From a virus (lineage: Duplodnaviria > Caudoviricetes), in IMG/VR virus record IMGVR_UViG_3300037722_000745, positions 1 through 64,000 of that record: 64,000 nt of DNA, one strand, 5' to 3'. A model generated the notes under the pieces. It did no database searches, was not told the DNA's origin, and worked only from the letters and a program-made list of their open reading frames with translations. Each line of letters begins with the position of its first letter. Positions within the stretch are counted from its first letter, which is position 1. Below are positions 48,518 to 56,742 of this stretch, piece by piece. The position numbers and the translations under genes are program-made.

Positions 48518-49819
48518 ATGTGGGACTACATCGTCGAAGCTCTTCAACCTCAGCTGAAAAACGAATTCTTTTCGGGTGGCGCCCTTTTGGTGGTGCTCAC
48601 AGCTACCCTGGCCGCTTTACGGAACGTGCCGCGTCGCCTGTGGGCCCTGCTCCAACGTCGATTCGTCACTACGGTCGATATCTCTGATCATGACCCTGCT
48701 TTCTTCTGGGTCCAAAAATGGCTCGGAGATCAGCCTTACACGAAGACCAAAGCCCGCTTGCTAACCGCATCCACTCGAACGGGTCCGGTCAAGGGCGACA
48801 TTGTCTCAAGTCCTTCCGTCGTCGAGCAGTCTGAGCGCAAGCGGCAACTCACCGAGATCGTGTTCAGCCCAGCGCCTGGGGCCCACCTCATCCGTTTCAA
48901 AGGACACTTCATCCTGTTGACCCGTATCCGCCGGGAAGGCGAGAACATTACTGGCGAGGTTGCCTACCATGAGTCGATCGAGTTTCGAGCCCTGTCTCGA
49001 AAGGTCATTCGGGATCTGATCTACGAAGCTCGTGAATACGCCTTTCCGCCTGAGGATGATCGGATTGCGATCATGAAGCCTAACTACCACGGCTGGAGGA
49101 TCTCCCAGCGGCGTCCTCCAAGACCCTTCGACTCAGTGATCCTCTCCGGCGGACAACTCGCGGAGATCAAGGATGACCTCATCTGGTTTTTCGGTGCCAA
49201 GGAGTGGTATTTCGACCACGGGATCCCCTACCAACGGGGCTTCCTCTTCCACAGTCCACCAGGCAACGGCAAAACGTCGGTGGTCGTCGCACTCGCCAGC
49301 CATTTCGATCGAGACATCTACATCATCTCGCTCACAGCGGTTACCGACAACCAGCTTACGAACATCATGGCAGAGCTACCCGAACATTCTATCGTCCTCA
49401 TTGAAGACGTGGATTGCGTCTATCAAGAGCGCAAGAGAGTCGAGGGGCATGAGCAACTAACGTTCGCTGGCTTCCTTAACTCAATTGACGGAGTCAGCGC
49501 TCCCACAGGTCGAGTGCTTGTGATGACCACCAATCACCCCGAACTCCTTGACTCGGCGTTGATTCGACCCGGTCGTATTGATCGGAAATTCGAATTCCGC
49601 AACGCTGATGGGGACATGGCTCAACGGCTGTTCGAACGGTTCTTCCCCCAACACAAAAAACTCGCCACGGAGTTCGGAAAAATCGTGGCTAGCGCCCCAC
49701 GCGAGCTTCCCATGGCCGATTTGCAGGAGCACCTGATCGCGCACCGAAAAGACCCAGAGGCGGCTGTGACCGCTCTGCGTCCAAGTGTGCCCATTGTGGA
49801 TCTGAGACAGTCGGTGTAG
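48518..49819 (+). CDS. BCS1-like AAA+ ATPase
   Basis: N-terminal TM and BCS1_N-like region, RPFDSVIL, YQRGFLFHSPPGNGKTS, IEDVD, FLNSIDG, TTNHPELLDSALIRPGRID; GGTGTA 9 nt before ATG 48518. Confidence 0.88.
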   Translation: MWDYIVEALQPQLKNEFFSGGALLVVLTATLAALRNVPRRLWALLQRRFVTTVDISDHDPAFFWVQKWLGDQPYTKTKARLLTASTRTGPVKGDIVSSPSVVEQSERKRQLTEIVFSPAPGAHLIRFKGHFILLTRIRREGENITGEVAYHESIEFRALSRKVIRDLIYEAREYAFPPEDDRIAIMKPNYHGWRISQRRPPRPFDSVILSGGQLAEIKDDLIWFFGAKEWYFDHGIPYQRGFLFHSPPGNGKTSVVVALASHFDRDIYIISLTAVTDNQLTNIMAELPEHSIVLIEDVDCVYQERKRVEGHEQLTFAGFLNSIDGVSAPTGRVLVMTTNHPELLDSALIRPGRIDRKFEFRNADGDMAQRLFERFFPQHKKLATEFGKIVASAPRELPMADLQEHLIAHRKDPEAAVTALRPSVPIVDLRQSV

Positions 49820-49925
49820 TGTCGCGCTGTTTTTTGATTTGTCGGACATCCGCGATTCGACGCTGTAACCCTGCGGGCAGCAACCGGAAGCCCACCTCCC
49901 TTGAGTGGGACATAGGAGGAACGAA

Positions 49926-50963
49926 ATGACGAATCAATTGCTGGTCCGGTTGGCCCGCGCTTACCAAACTACAAACACGCCTATCCGCCTATCTTCAGAC
50001 GTCTACACGAATGAGTACCTCGACTGCCGGCAAGCCCTAAGCGACCCTCGGACCCTCCAACTTGCCTGTAGGGCCCTCCTGGAGGCGCTGAGAGACGAGG
50101 GTGTAGACATCGAAGCCCTTGGGGGCATGACGATGGGGGCCGACCCCCTGGCGGTCGGAGCTGCCCTTCTCGACCTCGAACGAGAGGCCCCCAACACTTG
50201 TTGTTGGTTCAGCGTGCGGAAGCTTCCCAAGGAACACGGGACGGGACGCAAGATCGAAGGGTTTGTTCGTCCTGGCTCTCGAGTTGCGGTTCTTGACGAC
50301 GTGATCACCACCGGAAGCTCCTTGACGAGTTCGATTCTCAACTGCCGTGACGCCGGCATGGAGGTTGTCCTAGCTCTGGGGCTTGTCAACCGCGGGGCGC
50401 TCGCTGAGGTCGCCGGGGTCAAAGTCGTGTCGATCCTGGACTTCTCCGACGTGGCGTTCGTGGGGCAGGCTCGCGAATTTGCCTTCAAGGCCCATGATGG
50501 ACAAATGTACGGATCGACTCCGTACAGCGAGCACCTGGAAGAGACGGTCCAGGTGCTCGTGACTACGCTGCCTGATTGCCCGCCCGAATTGCTCGCCGCC
50601 GCTTACCTACACGACGTGTTAGAAGACACCTTCTTGACGACAGACGATCTGCATGAAGCCACCTCGGGGCGTGTCGTCGGCCTTGTGGACGCCTGTACGG
50701 ATGGAAAGGGCCAGAACCGCCGAGAACGAAAAGAGAGGCCCTTCGAGCTGATTCCGAAACGGCCTGACTCCATCCTGGTGAAGCTCGCCGATCGCATCGC
50801 CAATGCCGAACGCTGCCGGGCCACCGGAGACAGTCGACTTAACATGTACCGAAAGGAGCATTCGGTATTCATCGCCCGACTCAACCATGCCCCAACCTCT
50901 CCTGGATTGAGTCCCAAGCCCCTGTGGGAGCGGTTGACAAATGCTCTGTCCAACTCAGGATAG
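49926..50963 (+). CDS. orotate phosphoribosyltransferase fused to RelA/SpoT-type HD hydrolase
   Basis: GMTMGADP, RKLPKEHGTGRKIEG, VLDDVITTGSS; then HDGQ..PYSEH, LHDVLEDT, KLADRIAN. Confidence 0.88.
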   Translation: MTNQLLVRLARAYQTTNTPIRLSSDVYTNEYLDCRQALSDPRTLQLACRALLEALRDEGVDIEALGGMTMGADPLAVGAALLDLEREAPNTCCWFSVRKLPKEHGTGRKIEGFVRPGSRVAVLDDVITTGSSLTSSILNCRDAGMEVVLALGLVNRGALAEVAGVKVVSILDFSDVAFVGQAREFAFKAHDGQMYGSTPYSEHLEETVQVLVTTLPDCPPELLAAAYLHDVLEDTFLTTDDLHEATSGRVVGLVDACTDGKGQNRRERKERPFELIPKRPDSILVKLADRIANAERCRATGDSRLNMYRKEHSVFIARLNHAPTSPGLSPKPLWERLTNALSNSG

Positions 50964-51193
50964 CGAAGCCTAAGCAGGCACTGAGTCCCGCTGCGGCGGG
51001 GCCTCGCTATGGTCGCCGCTGATCGTTCGCGAACGGTCGGACTGTGCGTATGACCTCGGACCTTCCCGACAGATCGCGGAGGCGCGCAAGGCGCCGGTAC
51101 CGAGAAAAGACAGGGCCCGCCTAGCCTCTTTCAACGCAGTTTCAAAGTCCTTCTTTACCTTGGAACCACCTCTCGACTATCCCAAACGGAAGC

Positions 51194-52303
51194 TCACCGG
51201 GCGTCGTTTAGGATCTCGACGAATTCAGGCGCCAGGTCCATCCCAAGCACGTAGTGGGCAAACGCCTCCGCGAAGTTCTCCCGCACATTCGTGGCTCCGT
51301 ACGGTGTGACTGCGAGAGGCTCGCGGATGACCTTGTCCGTCATCACGTCGGCGTCCTTCGAGCCCTTGGCCGTGGCATGAAGCTTCGACTCGTCGATCTT
51401 GCCCGCCAAGTAGTCCGCCATATCGCGCTTGATGTTGAGCGGCCCGTCCACGCTTCTCAACCACGTCTCTAGCTCGGGCGACATCTTCGGCAACGGATGA
51501 CCTAAAGCTCGGGTCTTTGCGAGATCAACCACCTCGTCTGCCACCTGATCGCGTAGCTTCGCATCGAAGTGGATGACCTCGTGCTCGCGCTTCGTCGATA
51601 GGCCCCAGAATTTGTTTCGAAGCTGAGATTCCAGGAATTTGTAGTCGAAGCGGTGCCCTAACTCGTGGATGAGGGTGTAGATGTCGTCGAATCGCTTACG
51701 AGCGTTCACACTTAAGTGGACCGTATCATCCGTGTGGACGTAGTGTGCGGCTGTCTTTCGAGACAAGCTCGTCGCCAGAAACACACGCCCATAGAGCACC
51801 TTCGGGAACTTCAGTCGGATCTTAGCCGCAGCGCTGTCCAGGGCGCTGAGCGAAGTATCCAACTGCTTTTTGGTGATGCCAGGCACGGGGATCACCAAAA
51901 ACGGCCCGTGCTGAATCTCGCGTTCCTTGTCCCCCGCGGCGGTAGCCAGTTCTAGAGTTCGGATCGCACGGCCCCAATCCTTCGCCTCACGCAGGGCCAT
52001 GTCCGACAGGATCTGGTTGGAGAGATCTTGGTGCTCGTAGTTCATCTTGAACACACGGATCGCCTTGCGTAAGGAGTTCAGAGAATTGCGCTTGGTCTTA
52101 CCAAGGGCCCAGAACCAGTCCGGGGGCGTGTTCCCGTCGGGTACGATCAACTCTACGACCCTCTCGCCAAACTCAATGAGGGGTTTGGGATCGCTCTTGG
52201 TCTCCAGCGCTTTTAGGGCTCGATCGTACTCGGGCTTGAGCTTGACGCCTGTGCGTGCCCAAAGATATCGCCCAACAACGTGAGCAGAGCGAGTCCGGAG
52301 CAT
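51194..52303 (-). CDS. zincin (HELGH) protein with N-terminal VVGRY motif
   Basis: LIHELGHRFD, YGATNVRENFAEAF. Confidence 0.78.
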   Translation of the reverse strand: MLRTRSAHVVGRYLWARTGVKLKPEYDRALKALETKSDPKPLIEFGERVVELIVPDGNTPPDWFWALGKTKRNSLNSLRKAIRVFKMNYEHQDLSNQILSDMALREAKDWGRAIRTLELATAAGDKEREIQHGPFLVIPVPGITKKQLDTSLSALDSAAAKIRLKFPKVLYGRVFLATSLSRKTAAHYVHTDDTVHLSVNARKRFDDIYTLIHELGHRFDYKFLESQLRNKFWGLSTKREHEVIHFDAKLRDQVADEVVDLAKTRALGHPLPKMSPELETWLRSVDGPLNIKRDMADYLAGKIDESKLHATAKGSKDADVMTDKVIREPLAVTPYGATNVRENFAEAFAHYVLGMDLAPEFVEILNDAR

Positions 52304-52310
52304 TCTCCCG

Positions 52311-53462
52311 TTACCCCTTCATTTGTGCTGCTGCGGCTTCCAGCACCGCTACGGCGTCCTTTGGAAGGTCCTCAAACTTCTCCGTCATCCAAGTCAGGAT
52401 GACCTTGCCCCTCCGAAGCCGAGTTAGGTTCTTCTTCGCTCCGTAGCTATAGTCTCCGAAAATTGCCCTCGGAAGCACCTTTCCGCCCAATCGGGCCCCA
52501 AGATACTTCTGCGTATCCCGCTCACTCAAGTAGTACTGCCTGCCGTTCAGGATCAAGGCGACCTTGTAGTAGTCACCGTGGTATGCGCCATCCCAGAAGT
52601 TGTGACGAGCCTTTGGCTCCGGGTAGTACCCAGGCTTCTCGTTGAACGTCCGCTCCTGGTTGATCTCCACAACCTGTTTCCTACCGGCTACCGCGGGGGA
52701 GTCGCCCGTGACCTCACCGCTGTTGACAAGCCAGTGCTTAATCGAGGTCGGGGCTCCCGTCGGAAGTCTGGTCCCGAGTCTCCAACCCTTGGCGTCGAGC
52801 ACCTTCGAATTGAATCGCCCCGGGAACTTCATCTCCTTAAGCGCCTTGATGACGTTGCGGTATAGCCAGGAGGGATTTGTGCCCTCGTCCTTACTGATCG
52901 TGTGCTCAACTGAACGAAGCGTCCAAACGTCCTCGTTATAGCTACCGCCGATAAAGTGGTCGTGCCGTTGGTGATGGTGCGCTGCTACAAAGACGTGCTG
53001 CCGCTCAGTGCGACCGTATGCCACGAAGTAACGATCACTCAAGCTAGATTCGTCGCCCATCCAGCCCTTACCCCGCTGGTACGGCGTGACGAACTTCCAC
53101 TCCACACCGCCCGGGATCCCTGCCTTGGCTTCAGCTTGCTCGAAAGTGACTTCCTTCTTCGGAGGCGGTGTCCACTGGGTCGTATAGCCTGGATCCTTCG
53201 TAGTCGTACTGGGGCTCGTACTAGGCCCTGAAGGCCGTCGATCGTACGTGGGACGAGCCTTCCCTGTCAGGATGTCGTAGGCCAGGCCGACCGCCTTGAA
53301 GTCCTCTTCCTTCCCCCCTCGGTCAGGATGCATCTGGAGAGCCTTCGCTCGGTAGGCACTCTTGATGTCTCCAGGGCTTGGCGTACTCGTGGGAGGAAAG
53401 CCAAGCACACTCTTGGCCTCTTCCAGAGACATCGCCATCTTTAGGAATTTATGACGATCCAT
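52311..53462 (-). CDS. J-domain protein
   Basis: AKSVLG..IKSAYRAKALQMHPDRGGKEEDFKAVGLAYDIL. Confidence 0.85.
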   Translation of the reverse strand: MDRHKFLKMAMSLEEAKSVLGFPPTSTPSPGDIKSAYRAKALQMHPDRGGKEEDFKAVGLAYDILTGKARPTYDRRPSGPSTSPSTTTKDPGYTTQWTPPPKKEVTFEQAEAKAGIPGGVEWKFVTPYQRGKGWMGDESSLSDRYFVAYGRTERQHVFVAAHHHQRHDHFIGGSYNEDVWTLRSVEHTISKDEGTNPSWLYRNVIKALKEMKFPGRFNSKVLDAKGWRLGTRLPTGAPTSIKHWLVNSGEVTGDSPAVAGRKQVVEINQERTFNEKPGYYPEPKARHNFWDGAYHGDYYKVALILNGRQYYLSERDTQKYLGARLGGKVLPRAIFGDYSYGAKKNLTRLRRGKVILTWMTEKFEDLPKDAVAVLEAAAAQMKG

Positions 53463-53507
53463 TTCACTCTAGGGCAGGACACAAGTTGTTCCGTACACGC
53501 CGGGCGC

Positions 53508-53927
53508 TCAGTAGAGCACTGGCTTTCGCCGATTGATAATCTGCACACTCTCGCTTTTGACCCCAAGCTCAGACCTGACTAGAGCGAGCGGAACTTCCGG
53601 ATCATAGTCCCCACAAGAAAATACGTCCATGCTGAAGAATTCTTGCAGAGGCCAACAGTGGATGGCGATGTGGCTTTTGTTGATTACGCAAAGCCCAGTA
53701 ATCCCACCCTCATCTTCAAAAACACCCGTCTCCTGAGAACGCCTAAGCGTGTCTATATCGATGGGGACTTCGATGAAATCCGGACCAATCAAGATCGTCA
53801 TGTTCAGCGCTTCCACAATTCCATGGAAGAGCGCCCTGAGACGATCCGTCCCGAACACTTTGGGGTCGTGCACGAAGGCGTCAATCGTGACATGAACCCC
53901 AGCGCTTTCAATAATTCGACCTCTCAT
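53508..53927 (-). CDS. S-adenosylmethionine decarboxylase-like proenzyme, paralogue 2
   Basis: GITGLCVINKSHIAIHCWP..MDVFSC; ATGA overlap with paralogue 1. Confidence 0.82.
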   Translation of the reverse strand: MRGRIIESAGVHVTIDAFVHDPKVFGTDRLRALFHGIVEALNMTILIGPDFIEVPIDIDTLRRSQETGVFEDEGGITGLCVINKSHIAIHCWPLQEFFSMDVFSCGDYDPEVPLALVRSELGVKSESVQIINRRKPVLY

Positions 53928-54394
53928 CCTAGAACTCGCTCCACAACCCGAGAAGCTGCTGGACGGAGAGAGCTGGCTGGCGTTGCAAGATCTCGAGTGT
54001 GCTTCCTGATCCCCATGCAAGGGCCGCCCTCTAACCCACGCCCGCGTTCAACGTAGACCAGTTCAGAGACTGTAGCTTGGAGGCCCGATCGCAGAACGTG
54101 GTGGGCTTGATGCGGGTCCCCTTCCCCGCACGTGTAGAAATCAACCGCAGCGTACCCGTGTTCAGGCCAGGTGTGGATCGATAGATGTGACTCCTCGATC
54201 ACCACAACACCGCTCACTCCTTGTGGATCGAACGGCTGGAACTTCGAGAACACGATGTTGGTCCTAGCCGCCACCGCAGCCTGCTTCATCAGCGCTTGTA
54301 TTTGAAGCACATTGTTGAGGGCCTCGAACGGACACCCCATGTACTCAATGAGCAGATGCTTACCGTGAGTGTCCACGTCGAGTCTCCCGGGCAA
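53924..54394 (-). CDS. speD: S-adenosylmethionine decarboxylase proenzyme
   Basis: GKHLL, FDPQGVSGVVVIEESHLSIHTWPEHGYAAVDFYTCG. Confidence 0.92.
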   Translation of the reverse strand: MPGRLDVDTHGKHLLIEYMGCPFEALNNVLQIQALMKQAAVAARTNIVFSKFQPFDPQGVSGVVVIEESHLSIHTWPEHGYAAVDFYTCGEGDPHQAHHVLRSGLQATVSELVYVERGRGLEGGPCMGIRKHTRDLATPASSLRPAASRVVERVLG

Positions 54395-54441
54395 CCCAAC
54401 TGCCGCCCCCTAGCCGAGCTGATAAATCGTTCTGCGAGGGC

Positions 54442-54819
54442 CTAGGTTCGGTCGTAGACCTCGACCGGGGGTTTAGGGTCCGGGAGGCCCAGAGCCACCC
54501 GCTCGGCCGCTGAAAGCTTTTTGAGGGCCCGCTCGCGGACTTCCTCGGTCTTCGCATCGACATGCTCGTCTAGCTTAGCGGGCTCCCCATCGAGAATGTA
54601 CGCGTAGACGGTGTTGCTGCCCGGACGAGTCTGATGGACGATAGCTTTCGCGCTAACAACTTTCCCCGAGTCCCCAGGCCCCCTACCGCCTAGATTCTGG
54701 GCCACTAACTGAGCTTTCCCCTCGGTCGAACAGGCCCCCACGCGCTCCACAAGCTGACCATCCATGTTGGTCGAGTAAACCAACCATACCGTCTTCACGT
54801 TCAGAGAAGCTGTCTCCAT
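54442..54819 (-). CDS. hypothetical protein
   Basis: 125-aa ORF ending RALKKLSAAERVALGL; GGTGTA 10 nt upstream. Confidence 0.65.
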   Translation of the reverse strand: METASLNVKTVWLVYSTNMDGQLVERVGACSTEGKAQLVAQNLGGRGPGDSGKVVSAKAIVHQTRPGSNTVYAYILDGEPAKLDEHVDAKTEEVRERALKKLSAAERVALGLPDPKPPVEVYDRT

Positions 54820-54837
54820 GACTCCTAGTTACACCAA

Positions 54838-55473
54838 CTAGAACGCGAAGAAGACCGAAACAAGCGGGTTGTGACGCCAATCCCCCCAGGTCAGGGCGTA
54901 GCCCGCATAGAGGCCAAAGTTGGTCGTCAGATCGACTCCCAGGCCCGCTCCAATCGAACGAAAGCCAACGTAGGCGTTGACGTTCGCCCAGTCAATGAAG
55001 AAAGGCTCCACCAAGAATCCGCCGTCCAAGGTATCTTGCAACTCATCCGTGTCGTCTTGAAATGCCTCGGCGATCAAGAAGCCGAAGGTTGCCTTGATCC
55101 GCAATCGGAAGCCCCACGTCCGCTCGACCTCCTGGGCTACCTGAAGCTTCACCTGAGACTCGGCTTCGATTTTGTAGTGGCACCACTCTAGATGGACCTT
55201 GAAGGGGTGCTTACCGGTGCCTGAGCCGTATACACGGCCTTCCTTATCGACGATGACCGTAACCGAGTCTGCAGTGGCCTTAGGCGTGTTCTCATCCAGA
55301 CACTTACGCTCTTGCAGAAGCTGGACGAACGTCTCCATGTCCGCATCCGGGACGCACGTGTGGCCCTCCGGACACGGAGGTTCGGGGTTCTCTACCGGTG
55401 GAGGGGGCGGTTCCTGTCCCCATGTCATCTGGACAGGAACTAGCAGGAGTAGAAGTAGAGTTGGGATCGTCAT
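54838..55473 (-). CDS. secreted protein with beta-barrel-like C-terminus
   Basis: Signal-peptide-like N-terminus; alternating aromatic/Gly strands; terminal Phe (VFFAF). Confidence 0.6.
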   Translation of the reverse strand: MTIPTLLLLLLVPVQMTWGQEPPPPPVENPEPPCPEGHTCVPDADMETFVQLLQERKCLDENTPKATADSVTVIVDKEGRVYGSGTGKHPFKVHLEWCHYKIEAESQVKLQVAQEVERTWGFRLRIKATFGFLIAEAFQDDTDELQDTLDGGFLVEPFFIDWANVNAYVGFRSIGAGLGVDLTTNFGLYAGYALTWGDWRHNPLVSVFFAF

Positions 55474-56045
55474 CCGCCGTATTTCGCAAGCAGATCGTCT
55501 ACGGATTTGGCTGGCACCTTCGACTCGCTCTTCACAGTGATCACGAACTTCTCAGGCTTCACCACGACTACTTTGTCGACATCCCGAGCCTTGACCCCAA
55601 CCGGCAATTGGATCTCGACAGGCTTGGGTTCATCAGGAGGCTGAAACACCACTGTATCGGGATTTGAAAAAACGCCTGGGTCCTTGATGGGCACAACAAC
55701 CGCCTGCGTCATACCCTTAGAATCCGGCTTTCCCTGAGGGATGAGTTTCCCCTTGGCGTCAACCCGATCCTCAGGCACGCTGTTCGCCACATCGATAGCT
55801 TTCTTCTCCGGGTTCTTCTTGCCGAACAGCTTACCCAACACCCCGCCGACCTGGACGTTTTTGACCCCGATGGCAACTAGAACGATGGCCACGACAACAA
55901 CGACAAGAGCCGCACCCGGTCCAAGGAGCCAGCGAAGTGCCGCCTTCCCGATCCAAACGAGCTTCTCCCACAGGCTTCTCCACAAGCTGCCCTCAGGCTG
56001 TGAAGGCAGCTGCGGTTCAACTGGGGGTGTTGGAATTGGCTTCAT
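55470..56045 (-). CDS. single-TM membrane protein
   Basis: Hydrophobic ALVVVVVAIVLVAIGV then Pro/Lys-rich domain. Confidence 0.6.
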   Translation of the reverse strand: MKPIPTPPVEPQLPSQPEGSLWRSLWEKLVWIGKAALRWLLGPGAALVVVVVAIVLVAIGVKNVQVGGVLGKLFGKKNPEKKAIDVANSVPEDRVDAKGKLIPQGKPDSKGMTQAVVVPIKDPGVFSNPDTVVFQPPDEPKPVEIQLPVGVKARDVDKVVVVKPEKFVITVKSESKVPAKSVDDLLAKYGG

Positions 56046-56446
56046 TAACCGGTTGACTCTTCTGAAGGCGTGCCCATGGGCTTACTTAGATCGACCCCAC
56101 GCTTCTTGAGCATCTTGTAGACCATAGCCGAACAGCCACCGATAACGATGCCGTTGAAGATACGACCTCCCAACTCCGCGGGGCCAGACTCACCATGCAG
56201 GTAGCTGACGTTCATCAACGCGATCAGCATCCCTACGGTAGGCGGCAAGACATAGAGAATGACCTGGTTCCAGTACCGCCCGAAGGTAGTCGCATAGGTC
56301 ACCTCTGGGTCATTCTCATCGGCCTTCTTTTTGACTGACGGGATGGCCGTCTCAACGATCTTCCGAACTGTAAACGTGAGTATGATGACAGCAACACCGT
56401 AGACCAGACTACCGATATGCCACAACTGATTTAATGCGTTGTCCAT
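56045..56446 (-). CDS. holin-like membrane protein
   Basis: Three hydrophobic segments and a basic C-terminus. Confidence 0.5.
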   Translation of the reverse strand: MDNALNQLWHIGSLVYGVAVIILTFTVRKIVETAIPSVKKKADENDPEVTYATTFGRYWNQVILYVLPPTVGMLIALMNVSYLHGESGPAELGGRIFNGIVIGGCSAMVYKMLKKRGVDLSKPMGTPSEESTG

Positions 56447-56461
56447 AGCTGCCTCCTAGCA

Positions 56462-56740
56462 CTAGTTATTCACACGTTCTTTGTCATCACTTACCCCCCT
56501 ACGAACACACCTCTCAAGTCTCTGAGTCAGCGCAGAACGATCCGAAACCTCATCTACCTTGTGTAATGTCCCCGCTTCCCACCGTTCGATCTTGCTGAGC
56601 TGCTGCCGAAGTTGCGTTGCCTGTGAGGAGACCAACCCAGGAGTCGCAAGAGTCGCTTTGATCCTCGCCCTAGCCGTTCTGGCACCTTCACGGCGTTGGC
56701 TGACGGAGAGATCAAGGTAGCTTCGTTGAATCAAGGGCAT
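56462..56740 (-). CDS. hypothetical protein
   Basis: 92-aa ORF in the late operon. Confidence 0.6.
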   Translation of the reverse strand: MPLIQRSYLDLSVSQRREGARTARARIKATLATPGLVSSQATQLRQQLSKIERWEAGTLHKVDEVSDRSALTQRLERCVRRGVSDDKERVNN

Positions 56741-56742
56741 GG

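Noticed and set aside
50964-51193. Several small GC hairpins between convergent genes suggesting an ncRNA
   Set aside because: No recognisable family motif; short stems are expected at this GC content, and one minus frame looks like decayed coding sequence.
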